From the NCBI GenBank assembly GCA_938002015.1, contig CALLAU010000029.1:6169-70168 (forward strand): a stretch of 64,000 nt of DNA. The letters run 5' to 3'. This document shows, one piece after another, positions 38,290 to 47,943 of this stretch; within the stretch, counting starts at the first letter, position 1; the number at the start of each line of letters is the position of its first letter. The translations under genes were made by a program, and so were the position numbers. This DNA is from an uncultured Bdellovibrionales bacterium (GTDB lineage: Bacteria > Bdellovibrionota > Bdellovibrionia > Bdellovibrionales > UBA1609). The notes below the pieces were generated by a model. That model ran no database searches, was not told the origin of the DNA, and was given only the letters and a program-made list of their open reading frames with translations.

Positions 38290-39735
38290 TTAAAGAGAGA
38301 TACAAACAGTCTTTGATTCAGTAAAAAACTTTAAAGAGTCTTCCCCGCCTTCTCTTCCAAGACCAGAAGCTTTAACACCACCAAAAGGCATTCTTAAATC
38401 TCTTTTTAGCCAAGTATTTACCCAAACCGTTCCAACATCGAGTTGAGCTGCCACCTTATGCGCTCTTGATATATCTTTAGTCCAAATAGATGCTGATAAA
38501 CCATAGGGAGTTGTGTTTGCCCATTTAACAGCTTCTTTAGGGTATTTAAAAGACCTTATTGTAACAACAGGTCCAAAAACTTCTTGCTGTTGAAGCTCAG
38601 AGCAGTCTGAAAGTTCATCTATAATAGTAGGCTCAAGGAAGTAGCCCTTACTTAAATCTTGAGGAAGGTCTTCTGGAGACTTGCCACCAGTTAAAACAAC
38701 CCCTTGATCTTTTTTTGCAAGCTCAATACAAGACATCACTTTATCAAGATGCCCCTTAGAAACTAACGGCCCACAAAATGTGCCTTCAGCTGTTGGATCC
38801 CCCACTTTAAGCTCTTTAACTTTTTTAACAAAAGATTCTTTAAACTCTTCAAAAATCTCTTCTTGAATAAAAATTCTAGATCCGCAAAGACATATCTCTC
38901 CTTGATTTAAAAAAGAGGATTTAATTGTTGTCTCTATTGCCTTATCTAAATCAGCATCTTTAAAAATAATATTAGCATTTTTACCACCAAGCTCTAAACT
39001 TGTTTTTTTAAACTGAGAAGCGACATCAGTGGCAATAACTGCACCTGTTTCAGTACCACCTGTAAAAGACACTAAATCAACACCTGGATGATTTACTAAA
39101 GCACTCCCTGTTTCTTTTCCAGAACCAAAGACAAAATTACACACCCCTTTTGGTAAGCCCACTTCATCCATTACTTTAGCAAGCATAAAGGCCGTAACAG
39201 GCGTAACTTCAGAGGGCTTACATACTGCTGTGTTTCCAGTTGCAAGAGCTGGAGCTATTTTCCAAGTAAGTAAGTAAAGTGGTAAGTTCCATGGAGATAT
39301 AAGAGCTGCAACACCAACTGGCTGCCTAAGCTCATAGTTAAGAGAGCCATCATCCATTGTTGTTGAGCGTTCTTCTTTATGAAGTATTTTTGAAGCAAAA
39401 AACCTAAAATTTTCAATTGCTCTTGTTATATCCATTTTCTTTGACAGCCATAATGGCTTTCCAACATCTGTTGTCTCAGCTAAAGCAAATTCATCAAACT
39501 TTTCTTCTAACTTATCAGCAATTTTATGAAGCCAATCTGCACGCTCTTGAGCGCCTGTTTTTGACCACTTCACAAAAGCTTTCTTAGATGATGTCACAGC
39601 AAGCACAACATCCAAAGCATCTGAATCTGGGCATTTTGAATACACTTCACCTGTGCTTGGATTAAAGTTATCCAGGTAGGAGTCAGAGTTTGGTTCTAAA
39701 AATTCACCATTAATATAGTTTTTAATTTTAAGCAT
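38290..39735 (-). CDS. NAD(P)-dependent aldehyde dehydrogenase, 2-hydroxy/2-aminomuconate-semialdehyde dehydrogenase (XylG/DmpC/AmnC/ALDH8)-like
   Basis: ELGGKNANIIF, catalytic-Cys context FLNQGEICLCGSRIFIQ, and DVGKPLWLSKKMDITRAIENFRFFA (the DI.R...NF(R/K).FA signature I associate with the muconate-semialdehyde clade). Confidence 0.65.
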   Translation of the reverse strand: MLKIKNYINGEFLEPNSDSYLDNFNPSTGEVYSKCPDSDALDVVLAVTSSKKAFVKWSKTGAQERADWLHKIADKLEEKFDEFALAETTDVGKPLWLSKKMDITRAIENFRFFASKILHKEERSTTMDDGSLNYELRQPVGVAALISPWNLPLYLLTWKIAPALATGNTAVCKPSEVTPVTAFMLAKVMDEVGLPKGVCNFVFGSGKETGSALVNHPGVDLVSFTGGTETGAVIATDVASQFKKTSLELGGKNANIIFKDADLDKAIETTIKSSFLNQGEICLCGSRIFIQEEIFEEFKESFVKKVKELKVGDPTAEGTFCGPLVSKGHLDKVMSCIELAKKDQGVVLTGGKSPEDLPQDLSKGYFLEPTIIDELSDCSELQQQEVFGPVVTIRSFKYPKEAVKWANTTPYGLSASIWTKDISRAHKVAAQLDVGTVWVNTWLKRDLRMPFGGVKASGLGREGGEDSLKFFTESKTVCISL

Positions 39736-39765
39736 AATTTAAAAAACCTTAAAGTTAGAAGTTTA

Positions 39766-41001
39766 TTATTTACCGTAAGAGTCTATAAGAGGAATCACTC
39801 TTTCATTAAAAAGAATCATAGATTTTTTCACATCTTCATTATCATGATTATTAAAATCAAACCAAAGCATCAATCTATCATGTGGATGATACTTCTCACA
39901 AATTTGCTCAGCGACTTCTTCAGGAGAGCCACATATCGTATTATCTACAGCATTTTCAACTTTTTTAGGGTCAATAGTCCCTGCCATTGCTTTCCAGTAG
40001 TTCTCCCAGGCTTTCTTAGCTTTTGCTTTTGCTGTTTCATTCTTCTTAAATTCAGTAGCACCTGGTGTGTCATCAATAAAAATCATTGCTGTTCTTGGCA
40101 TATACCACCTACGCCATCTTCCACCATCAGTATGATAAGCTTTTTGCATGCGCTGATGAGTTTCTTCAATTACTGCCGGAGGAGTTATTGATAGGTTAAA
40201 GACTCTTGTTGGAAAAAACTGATTACAAAGCTCTTGAACAGCTGGATCATGTGAGCCTACTGTTAATTGAAGTTTACTTAAGTCTGCTTCAAGAGGAATA
40301 AGTGAGAGGATCTCAAATTCAAAGAACTTTTTTAATTTAATTTGGTCATCAGAAAAGTCCCCATCTTCATTAGCAAGTTCAGCTGCGTTCTCCCAGTCAG
40401 CAATTTCTCTAAAATCACTTTTTGTTAGAATTTTTTGCTTAATAGAGGCTGAACTTAGTTCTTCTCCCCTTAAAAGGCGTAAGAAAATTTCTGAAGCTTC
40501 TTCTAATGCTTTAGATTTCACTTGATGCCACGCTGCCATTTCCCATTCAGTTCTTGGATAGACTTTGTACGGAGCGTTTGAAAAATCAAACCTTCCAGCT
40601 GCAAAACCTAATTCAAGAGTTCTATCAGCATAGGGGCTTTGTTGATTTAAAGCTAGAAAAGTTCTTACTGCTTCTGCGTGAGCTATTGGGCCACCGTTAC
40701 ACATTATATTTCTAATGGCTGAGCCGACGTTGATCTTTTTAGTTTGAGAAAATAAAAGGTGAGCAACTTGTAAGATATCAGTGTTTAAACCAATTTCTCC
40801 TTTAAACTCTGGAACTACTGCAAAAGAAGTTTTCTTTTGTGTCTGGCACGATAAATGAGTTTCAGCCACCCAAGCCGTTCCAAACTCTAATTGATCTGCT
40901 AATTTTACTTGATCAAAGAAGTCAGAAAACATTTTATTTGTTGAAGGGACTTTACCATCAACTTCAGTTTGAGAAATAGATAAAAAGATGTCGTACTTCA
41001 T
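39766..41001 (-). CDS. luciferase-like (LLM-class) flavin-dependent monooxygenase/oxidoreductase
   Basis: N-terminus MKYDIFLSIS...QVKLADQLEFGTAWVAETH.. is typical of the bacterial luciferase TIM-barrel family. 4-nt overlap with the upstream SDR gene. Confidence 0.6.
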   Translation of the reverse strand: MKYDIFLSISQTEVDGKVPSTNKMFSDFFDQVKLADQLEFGTAWVAETHLSCQTQKKTSFAVVPEFKGEIGLNTDILQVAHLLFSQTKKINVGSAIRNIMCNGGPIAHAEAVRTFLALNQQSPYADRTLELGFAAGRFDFSNAPYKVYPRTEWEMAAWHQVKSKALEEASEIFLRLLRGEELSSASIKQKILTKSDFREIADWENAAELANEDGDFSDDQIKLKKFFEFEILSLIPLEADLSKLQLTVGSHDPAVQELCNQFFPTRVFNLSITPPAVIEETHQRMQKAYHTDGGRWRRWYMPRTAMIFIDDTPGATEFKKNETAKAKAKKAWENYWKAMAGTIDPKKVENAVDNTICGSPEEVAEQICEKYHPHDRLMLWFDFNNHDNEDVKKSMILFNERVIPLIDSYGK

Positions 41002-41774
41002 ATAGAACCTGTTCTTCCACCATCAACTTGTAGGTTAACACCATTAATATAAGAGGCATGCTCACTTGCTAGAAAACAAACTGCAGAAGCCACCTCTTTT
41101 GCTTCTCCAAACCTTGCCATTGGCACTTTTGCTTTCCACATCTTATCAACCTCATCAGTTGATTTTGAAAGTCTGTCTGAAGCACTTTGAATAAGTTTTT
41201 CAAGGCGAGGAGTTTTTGTATAACCAGGAAGAACATTGTTTACGGTAATGTTTTTTGGACCTAGCTCTAAAGAAAGAGTTTTAGACCAACTTGCTACAGC
41301 CCCTCTTATTGTATTAGAAACTCCAAGGTTTGGAATTGGAATACGTACAGAGGTTGAGATAACATTAATAATTCTTCCCCAACCTGATTTTTCCATCATT
41401 GGCACAAGCTCTTTAAGAAGTGTTTGTGAGCTTAGTATGTGAGCCTGAAGCCCATCTTTAAAACTTTGATCTTCAGCATCAAAAAGTTTTCCTGCAGCTG
41501 GACCTCCAGAATTATTGACAAAGACCTGATAAGGCCCCGAATCTTTTATAAAATCAGCTAGAGCCTTAACATCATCTGGTTTAGTAAAATCAGCTGCAAA
41601 AATTTGGTGATCTTCAGGTGACTTTAGCTCACTCTTAACTTTTTCAAGTTTAGAAGGAGTTCTAGAAACAAGAGTAAGGCTTACTCCGTTTTCAGCTAAA
41701 AGGTGAGCAATTGCTTCGCCAATACCTTGCGAAGCACCACAAACAAGAGCTTTAGTATCTGGTGGAAATTTCAT
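40998..41774 (-). CDS. short-chain dehydrogenase/reductase (SDR)
   Basis: Cofactor motif CGASQGIGEAIA, NNSGG; about 258 aa. Confidence 0.8.
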   Translation of the reverse strand: MKFPPDTKALVCGASQGIGEAIAHLLAENGVSLTLVSRTPSKLEKVKSELKSPEDHQIFAADFTKPDDVKALADFIKDSGPYQVFVNNSGGPAAGKLFDAEDQSFKDGLQAHILSSQTLLKELVPMMEKSGWGRIINVISTSVRIPIPNLGVSNTIRGAVASWSKTLSLELGPKNITVNNVLPGYTKTPRLEKLIQSASDRLSKSTDEVDKMWKAKVPMARFGEAKEVASAVCFLASEHASYINGVNLQVDGGRTGSI

Positions 41775-42022
41775 AGTGATAAAGACTATCTTAAAAGAAC
41801 ATCAGCTACAATAAAGAGCAGCTAAACGAAAGGTTTTACTACTTAATTACAGTAGACTACCAAGAAGGTGGCACTTCATTTTTTGCATATATTTCACACA
41901 AAAATAATGCAGCTACAGGACCTTGTCAGATAAGCCATATAATTGTGCAAATAATAAAAAAAAGGTTGTTTAAATACAACTTCCTTATAAGTTACTATGT
42001 AAAAATAAAGGTACTAAAAATT

Positions 42023-43111
42023 ATGCAAACTAGTTACAGATCTCTACGAAAAGAACTCCCAAAGGACATTTTTAAACCTTATAATATGAGGTTGTTAAGC
42101 CTTATTATGGTTCAACTTGCAGGAGCAACATCAATTGCTTCAATTCTTTATTTCTCTCTTCCATGGTATTTAAATTTAAGTTTAGGCCTTTTTGCAGGTT
42201 ACTGCTGGGGTGTTAACGGGCTTATGGGCCATGAACTTATGCATGGAAATATTGTAAGAAATAAAACTGTTCAAAACTTTTTTGGCTTCTTTTGTTTTCT
42301 TCCCTTTATGATCTCATCAACTTTTTGGAAGTATTGGCATAACTACCTTCATCACAGCCATACTCAAAAAAACATATTAGATCCAGACGCCTACCCTACT
42401 AAAAGAATTTACACACATTCAAAGTTCATGCAGAGGATGTACCCTTTTACTCCAGGCTCAGGTAAGAAAAGAAGTTACTTATATTTTTTCTTTTTCTTTT
42501 CAGTAAATGTAGCAGCTTCACAGTTTTACTTTAGATTTAGAAACAAAATCTTTGATAAGCTTGACCATAAAAGAGTTAATATTGAGCTAGCTGCTCTTGT
42601 CATATGTCACGCAGGCTTCTTATATATAGCAGGACCTAGTAATTGGCTCTGGGTTTATATCATCCCTTTTGCTATACAAAACTACCTTCCCTTTTCATAT
42701 ATCTCCACAAACCATAACTTAAGCCCATTAACTAAAGAGAATGACCCTTTAATAAACTCACTTACAGTTACTAACCACCCTATTTTAGAGTTCTTTCATA
42801 TAAACTTTGGATATCATGTTGAGCACCACTTGTTTCCTACAGTAAGTAGTAAACATTTAAAGCTAGTTCATGAAGCCCTTAAAACAAACTACCCAGATAA
42901 ATATCAATATATGCCAAAATGGACTGCAATAAAAAAACTCTACTCTACTGCTAGAATTTATAAAAACAGCACAACTTTGATAAATCCACTTACAGGTAAC
43001 ACCTATGACACCATCAACCCAAAAGAGGCCAAAGTAGTCCCAAATCAAGGCGAGCCACAAACACCTCCTCCATCAAAACAAGCTTCAACTAGTTTTGAGG
43101 CTCAAATTTAA
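42023..43111 (+). CDS. membrane fatty-acid desaturase family protein
   Basis: Three His boxes: HELMHG, HNYLHH, HVEHHLFP. The ORF track begins at a GTG (41945); the ATG at 42023 (MQTSYRSL) is preferred. Confidence 0.8.
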   Translation: MQTSYRSLRKELPKDIFKPYNMRLLSLIMVQLAGATSIASILYFSLPWYLNLSLGLFAGYCWGVNGLMGHELMHGNIVRNKTVQNFFGFFCFLPFMISSTFWKYWHNYLHHSHTQKNILDPDAYPTKRIYTHSKFMQRMYPFTPGSGKKRSYLYFFFFFSVNVAASQFYFRFRNKIFDKLDHKRVNIELAALVICHAGFLYIAGPSNWLWVYIIPFAIQNYLPFSYISTNHNLSPLTKENDPLINSLTVTNHPILEFFHINFGYHVEHHLFPTVSSKHLKLVHEALKTNYPDKYQYMPKWTAIKKLYSTARIYKNSTTLINPLTGNTYDTINPKEAKVVPNQGEPQTPPPSKQASTSFEAQI

Positions 43112-43181
43112 TGACTTTAACTTAAGAGGCAACTAACTCTCTTGAAAAAAGCTTTTAAGTAACTAAACTACTCTACAATAT

Positions 43182-43907
43182 TTAAAACTCTAATTCTTTC
43201 TTCAGTTTAGTAGTAAAAAAATAAAAGAAAGGAGTGTCTAGTAAAGCTGCTCCTACCTTAAAAGCATAATTACTTCCAATAAGAACTAAAAAAGCTCCAA
43301 GTGCAATCTCTCCTCGCATGAAGGCAGCTCCAAAAGTAATTCCAATAACAGCTAGTGAGTCAACTAACTGACTTACTAATGTACTAAAATTATTTCTAAG
43401 CCAAAGATGCTTTCCTTTTGTTAAAGCTTTAAAATAATGAAAAAGATGAACATCACAAAGTTGAGCTGCTAGGTAGGCCACCATTGAAGCCATCACTGAG
43501 CCAGCAGTGCATTTATAAATAAAAGAAAAAAGTGAAACCTCTCCATTTGCTCTTGTACCATCTGCATAAAAAACTTCTTTAGCAAGCTCAATTGTTTGCC
43601 AAGGAGGTTGAAACATAAGGTCAACTGCAGGCAAGTTTTGAGCAAGCCAAACAAAAAAGAAAATCATTAAATTAATAAAAAAGCCAAGCCAGACAATAAA
43701 GTTAGCTCTTTTCTTACCATAAAGCTCACTTATAAGGTCTGTACAAAGAAAGGTAATTGGATATGGCAGTATTCCAACAGCAACACTAAGCCCAAAAACA
43801 TTAACAAACTTTGTAAGACCAATGATATTAAGCATAGCCATTGAGCTTAAGAAGACAGCTGAAAGTATCCAAAAAACCTGTTCTCTTTTATATTGAAGAT
43901 CTGTCAT
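43182..43907 (-). CDS. yhhQ: YhhQ/VUT-family queuosine-precursor transporter-like membrane protein
   Basis: Polytopic. PYPITFLCTDLISELYGKKRA matches the YhhQ signature (YP..F...D...E.YG...A). The ORF track start (TTG 43949) would abut the divergent Smr start; the ATG at 43907 is preferred. Confidence 0.65.
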   Translation of the reverse strand: MTDLQYKREQVFWILSAVFLSSMAMLNIIGLTKFVNVFGLSVAVGILPYPITFLCTDLISELYGKKRANFIVWLGFFINLMIFFFVWLAQNLPAVDLMFQPPWQTIELAKEVFYADGTRANGEVSLFSFIYKCTAGSVMASMVAYLAAQLCDVHLFHYFKALTKGKHLWLRNNFSTLVSQLVDSLAVIGITFGAAFMRGEIALGAFLVLIGSNYAFKVGAALLDTPFFYFFTTKLKKELEF

Positions 43908-43948
43908 AGGTTTACAACTTAACCAAAACCCCTCAGTATAAACAAGCA

Positions 43949-44194
43949 ATGAATTACAAATGGCCCTTACTAGATTTGCATGGAAAAAGAACAGATGAGG
44001 TTTTTGACCTAGTAGATAAGTTTGTCACTAAAAACAGCAACTCCGCTAAAGTTCTTATCATGACAGGAAAAGGAAGCGGGGCTGTAAAAAAAGAGGTTCT
44101 AAAGTATCTTAAAATGGGCGGTTTTGACTCAAGTGTTCACCAAGACTGGGCAGGGAAAAGAAACTCTGGAATACTAGAGGTCAGTTTAAAATAA
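43949..44194 (+). CDS. stand-alone Smr-domain protein
   Basis: LDLHGKRTDEVFDLVDKFV...VLIMTGKGSG..KKEVLKYL is the Smr (MutS2 C-terminal) domain pattern. Confidence 0.75.
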   Translation: MNYKWPLLDLHGKRTDEVFDLVDKFVTKNSNSAKVLIMTGKGSGAVKKEVLKYLKMGGFDSSVHQDWAGKRNSGILEVSLK

Positions 44195-44263
44195 TAAGTA
44201 AAATTAATAAGATAAAAAAAGAACAAGAAGGCTTTATCACTAAATAAGCGAAAGATTATATAT

Positions 44264-44836
44264 ATGAGCAATGAGAGAACTCCACCACCTGTTTCCTTTA
44301 CAAAATACCTTTGGATAGACCTAGAGATGACAGGCCTTGATGTAGAAATGGAAAGAATTATTGAAGTTGGAGCTATTATAACCGACACAGAACTTAATGA
44401 GATTTCAAGTTTTCACGCTGTCATTAAACAACCTCAAGAATATTTTGATAATATGGATGAGTGGAATCAAACTCATCATGAAAACTCAGGCCTTTTAGAT
44501 CTTATAAAAAAAGATGGTGAATCAGAAAAAAAAGTTGAGGCTGATCTTGTTGATTGGTGTACAAGTCACTTTGGTGATGAAAAAATTATTCTTGCAGGAA
44601 ACACAATAGGACAAGATAGAGTTTTCTTAAAAGCATACTTTAGAACATTCTTTAAACTACTCCATTATAGACAGCTTGACGTTACAAGCTTAAAACTTCC
44701 TTTTTTAACAAAAGGTGTTTGGTATGAAAAGCAAAACTCACATCGAGCAATTGATGACATCAGAGAAAGTATCTCTGAGTTTAAGTTTCTTTGGTCTTAT
44801 GTAGATCAAAATAAACTAGATAAAGCACAAAGTTAA
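44264..44836 (+). CDS. orn: oligoribonuclease
   Basis: LWIDLEMTGLD...IIE.A.I.TD, GN.I..DR.FL, H.A..DI.ES: DEDDh exonuclease motifs in Orn order and size. Confidence 0.9.
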   Translation: MSNERTPPPVSFTKYLWIDLEMTGLDVEMERIIEVGAIITDTELNEISSFHAVIKQPQEYFDNMDEWNQTHHENSGLLDLIKKDGESEKKVEADLVDWCTSHFGDEKIILAGNTIGQDRVFLKAYFRTFFKLLHYRQLDVTSLKLPFLTKGVWYEKQNSHRAIDDIRESISEFKFLWSYVDQNKLDKAQS

Positions 44837-44847
44837 AGGTTATTAAT

Positions 44848-45936
44848 ATGAAAGACTACTTTAATTCTTTAGTAGAAAGCGGGCAATTTTTATCAGTAAC
44901 TTACGGCCAGTGGTTACATATATTTTTTGTTATAACAACAGCCATAGTGATCTACTTTGTTTTAAAGTTCATTCTATCTCTAATTGATCATATTTTATTT
45001 CAAAGAACTTCTTTTTCTTTTGAAGCTTTTGAATCACTTAAAGGCCCTATTGCGATGTTTCTAGCAGCACTTTATCTAAGAGTGTCTGAAAACTCTATAG
45101 CACTGCCAAAAACTGCTGAAGGTATTTGGTACAAAGCTATTGCTGTTATTTTTTCAGCTGCCACCTTTTGGGCTCTTTATAAGCTTGTTGACCCAATAAG
45201 CAAAACAATGGCAAGAGCTGCAGAAAGAACAGAATCAAATCTAGATGACCAGCTTGTACCGCTCCTAAGTAAAACAGCAAAAATTGTTATAGTCATACTC
45301 GCATTACTAACTATCATTCAAAGCCTTGGAGTGAATGTTTTCTCTTTAGTTGCAGGACTTGGAATAGGCGGTTTAGCTATTGCACTAGCTGCAAAAGACA
45401 CAGCAGCTAATTTCTTTGGTTCTCTTATGATTCTTTTTGACCAACCTTTTAAAATTGGGGACTGGATTAAGATGGAGAACATAGAAGGAACTGTAACGGA
45501 TATTGGCTTTAGATCTACTAGAATTAAAACTTTTTATGACTCAGAAGTTGTTATTCCAAACTCCACAGTAGCTAATGCTAATATTGATAATATGGGGAGA
45601 AGACAGTTTCGACGAGTGTACACAAGTCTTGGACTCACCTACTCAACTACAAAAGAGCAAATGGAGTCTTTTACTAAAGGCTTAAAAGACATTATTACAA
45701 AACACCCTAATACTAGAAAAGATAAAATACATGTTAATTTTAACTCTATGGGAGAAAGTGCTTTAGATGTCTTAGTTTATTACTTTATAGCTGTAAATAA
45801 TTATGAGGCTGAATTAAAAACTAAAGAAGATGTTCTCTTAGAAGCTATGAAGCTTGCTAAAAACTGTGGTGTTGATTTTGCTTTTCCTTCTAGAAGTCTT
45901 TACTTAGAGAAGCAAAATCTTGATTTACTAACTTAA
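44848..45936 (+). CDS. mechanosensitive ion channel (MscS family)
   Basis: TM helices followed by QPFKIGDWIKMENIEGTVTDIGFRSTRIKTFYDSEVVIPNS, the MscS beta-domain signature. Confidence 0.8.
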   Translation: MKDYFNSLVESGQFLSVTYGQWLHIFFVITTAIVIYFVLKFILSLIDHILFQRTSFSFEAFESLKGPIAMFLAALYLRVSENSIALPKTAEGIWYKAIAVIFSAATFWALYKLVDPISKTMARAAERTESNLDDQLVPLLSKTAKIVIVILALLTIIQSLGVNVFSLVAGLGIGGLAIALAAKDTAANFFGSLMILFDQPFKIGDWIKMENIEGTVTDIGFRSTRIKTFYDSEVVIPNSTVANANIDNMGRRQFRRVYTSLGLTYSTTKEQMESFTKGLKDIITKHPNTRKDKIHVNFNSMGESALDVLVYYFIAVNNYEAELKTKEDVLLEAMKLAKNCGVDFAFPSRSLYLEKQNLDLLT

Positions 45937-46511
45937 AGGACTCTCTGCCCTTTTTCATCTACTTCTATAAACTTTCTTTTAGAATATTTAAATCTTATTG
46001 ATTTACCTAAAAAGTTTTCAATAACTACAGGCTTATTTGTTAATTTACCTGGTTCAGGATCTGACAGATAATCAAGTATATCAGTTTTATGATCTTTCTT
46101 ATGCTTTGAAAGCTTAGTACTACCTATATTTAAAGCTTTAAATTTATAAACCTTATGAATTTTATATCTATTTGTTGATGTTGAGATAGCTGCATAAACG
46201 ACCGTATTTTTAGCCTTTCCAAAAACATTGTTATATTTAGAAATAAAAACTAAATCCTTCTTACCATCTTGATTAAAATCAGCAAGATAGCCTTGAGGCA
46301 GATCTTTAGAGAAATCAGGGTAGAGGTCTCTTACTTGTTTGGGAAAATCTGTAAATTTTAAAGGCTTAAGTTTTGATTGCTTATTCATCTTAGCTTCTAA
46401 ATAGTTACCAAAAATAATACGCTTTGATTTTGTACTATTAATAAGACCCACCTCAGGTGTTGCATGAGATTTAAAACTAACTAATATGCAAAACAATAAC
46501 AATTTCTTCAT
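45933..46511 (-). CDS. secreted hypothetical protein (one FG-GAP/VCBS-like DxDxDGxxD motif)
   Basis: Signal peptide ..FKSHA|T. ADFNQDGKKDLVF. Its start codon (46509..46511) shares one nucleotide (46511) with the stop codon of the upstream gene 46511..47632. Its stop overlaps the convergent MscS stop in TTAA. Confidence 0.5.
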   Translation of the reverse strand: MKKLLLFCILVSFKSHATPEVGLINSTKSKRIIFGNYLEAKMNKQSKLKPLKFTDFPKQVRDLYPDFSKDLPQGYLADFNQDGKKDLVFISKYNNVFGKAKNTVVYAAISTSTNRYKIHKVYKFKALNIGSTKLSKHKKDHKTDILDYLSDPEPGKLTNKPVVIENFLGKSIRFKYSKRKFIEVDEKGQRVL

Positions 46512-47632
46512 TAATCAACCACTCCTTGAACGCTCACACCTTGACCAGACTCAATTAGAAATCTTTTCTCTCTTGGCTCACAAAAAGAAACATAGGTGTG
46601 CACTGTATTGACACTAAGACTTGCATCTAAAACATTCGGAACTTTTGAGATAACACTAGCAGGATTGTCACTCTTACAATCTCTATACCATTTTGGTAAA
46701 GTTGGAGCACCCTCTTTTTGACTTATAGGCTTATATACATTTTCATTCATATAGTATGAAGCAAAATAATCATCCTTAACTGATAGTGATGCTTTTACTT
46801 GAGACATACACAATCTATAAGAGGGTATATCACTAGCTGGTAACTCTGCTTCCCCTATTTGTTGATTCCTCTTGCTACTATGCTTTGCCCATGTAAAAGC
46901 ATTTCTATCATAAACAACCTGACATGCCTCATTTGCTGCGGTTTGAGGGTGCAGACTAACAATTGGGTCAAACATTGGAAAAATTGGGTTTAAAACTCTA
47001 GAATGTACAACTCTATTAACTGCATACATTTCTGAAGTACTTGTACCACGTGCTTCATGAAAACAGTTACAAACTAAACACTGGTTTGTTGTCATAGCGT
47101 TAGCAGGATTACAATTATAACTATCACCAACGCCTGCAAGTTCAACTTTTGGAATTGTTGTATTTAAATAGTATGTTCCTTCTTTAAAGGTCACTAAAGA
47201 GTTTGATATTGGTTTAGTAAGCCCTTCATCTAAATAAAAAGTATAATCGCTTGGGTTTACACTCATTTCATCTCTTAAAGGATTAACAAAAGAGCACATA
47301 TATAAATTAATATCGCCTTTAACATTACCCTCTTTATCTAATTGTTTAACCTGAACATCCGAGCATCCTGTAGCCATTCTAGTTACAGAACCTCCTTCAA
47401 GTTGTCTAAATACTCTTAATCCTTCTGCCTCAGGGTTTATAATCTGACTTCCACGAAAATATATAAAGCTATCATCAGAAGCACTATTACACACTTTTAG
47501 CTGAACCTGGGTTTCATTAGAATCTGCATAAGTGGAGTTGTAGCAAGTGCCATACCTCTTACCATCTGGCCCAATATCTGCTAAAGTTTGAAAATGAATA
47601 ATAAATAGAATTAATATGATCAAAGTTTTCAC
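46511..47632 (-). CDS. secreted protein with C-terminal SleB-like cell-wall hydrolase (Hydrolase_2) domain
   Basis: Signal peptide. CFHEARGTSTSEMYAVNRVVHSRVLNP...AFTW resembles the EARGE...A(V/I)..V(V/I).NR...FS(W/C) motif of the SleB/CwlJ family. Confidence 0.55.
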   Translation of the reverse strand: MKTLIILILFIIHFQTLADIGPDGKRYGTCYNSTYADSNETQVQLKVCNSASDDSFIYFRGSQIINPEAEGLRVFRQLEGGSVTRMATGCSDVQVKQLDKEGNVKGDINLYMCSFVNPLRDEMSVNPSDYTFYLDEGLTKPISNSLVTFKEGTYYLNTTIPKVELAGVGDSYNCNPANAMTTNQCLVCNCFHEARGTSTSEMYAVNRVVHSRVLNPIFPMFDPIVSLHPQTAANEACQVVYDRNAFTWAKHSSKRNQQIGEAELPASDIPSYRLCMSQVKASLSVKDDYFASYYMNENVYKPISQKEGAPTLPKWYRDCKSDNPASVISKVPNVLDASLSVNTVHTYVSFCEPREKRFLIESGQGVSVQGVVD

Positions 47633-47943
47633 ATATTAAACTTAGCAGTTCAGGCTTTATCCATCACACTTAAATTAGACTTTTACACACCTTGGTCCTG
47701 CATAAGTGCTTAAAATATGCATGCCATATACCGATATTTTAATTATGAAAGAGCTGCTTTTTATTGATCCTTCTAACAAGCTATCCTTTGGGTGCACAAG
47801 CTCAAGAAAAAGTGGCATCCCTCAACCCTAGAAAGGTTGTTGATTGCGCTAAATTCACTGTGATGCTGGCGAAGTTCAAGGGATTATTTCAGGAGAAGAT
47901 GAAGAAATATAGCTTAATATCAACTGATCGACTAATGCTATAA

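Noticed and set aside
43908-43960. preQ1 riboswitch upstream of the yhhQ-like transporter.
   Set aside because: The minus-strand leader (…ctgaggggttttggttaagttgtaaacctATG) has no complementary CCCTC arm and no A-rich tail of the preQ1-I type. The space is also only ~40 nt before the divergent Smr gene.
44137-44388. 83-aa minus-strand ORF spanning the Smr-orn intergenic region.
   Set aside because: It overlaps the 3' end of the Smr gene and the 5' end of orn on the opposite strand. Its composition is Ile/Phe/Ser-rich and no start context is evident, so it is probably spurious.
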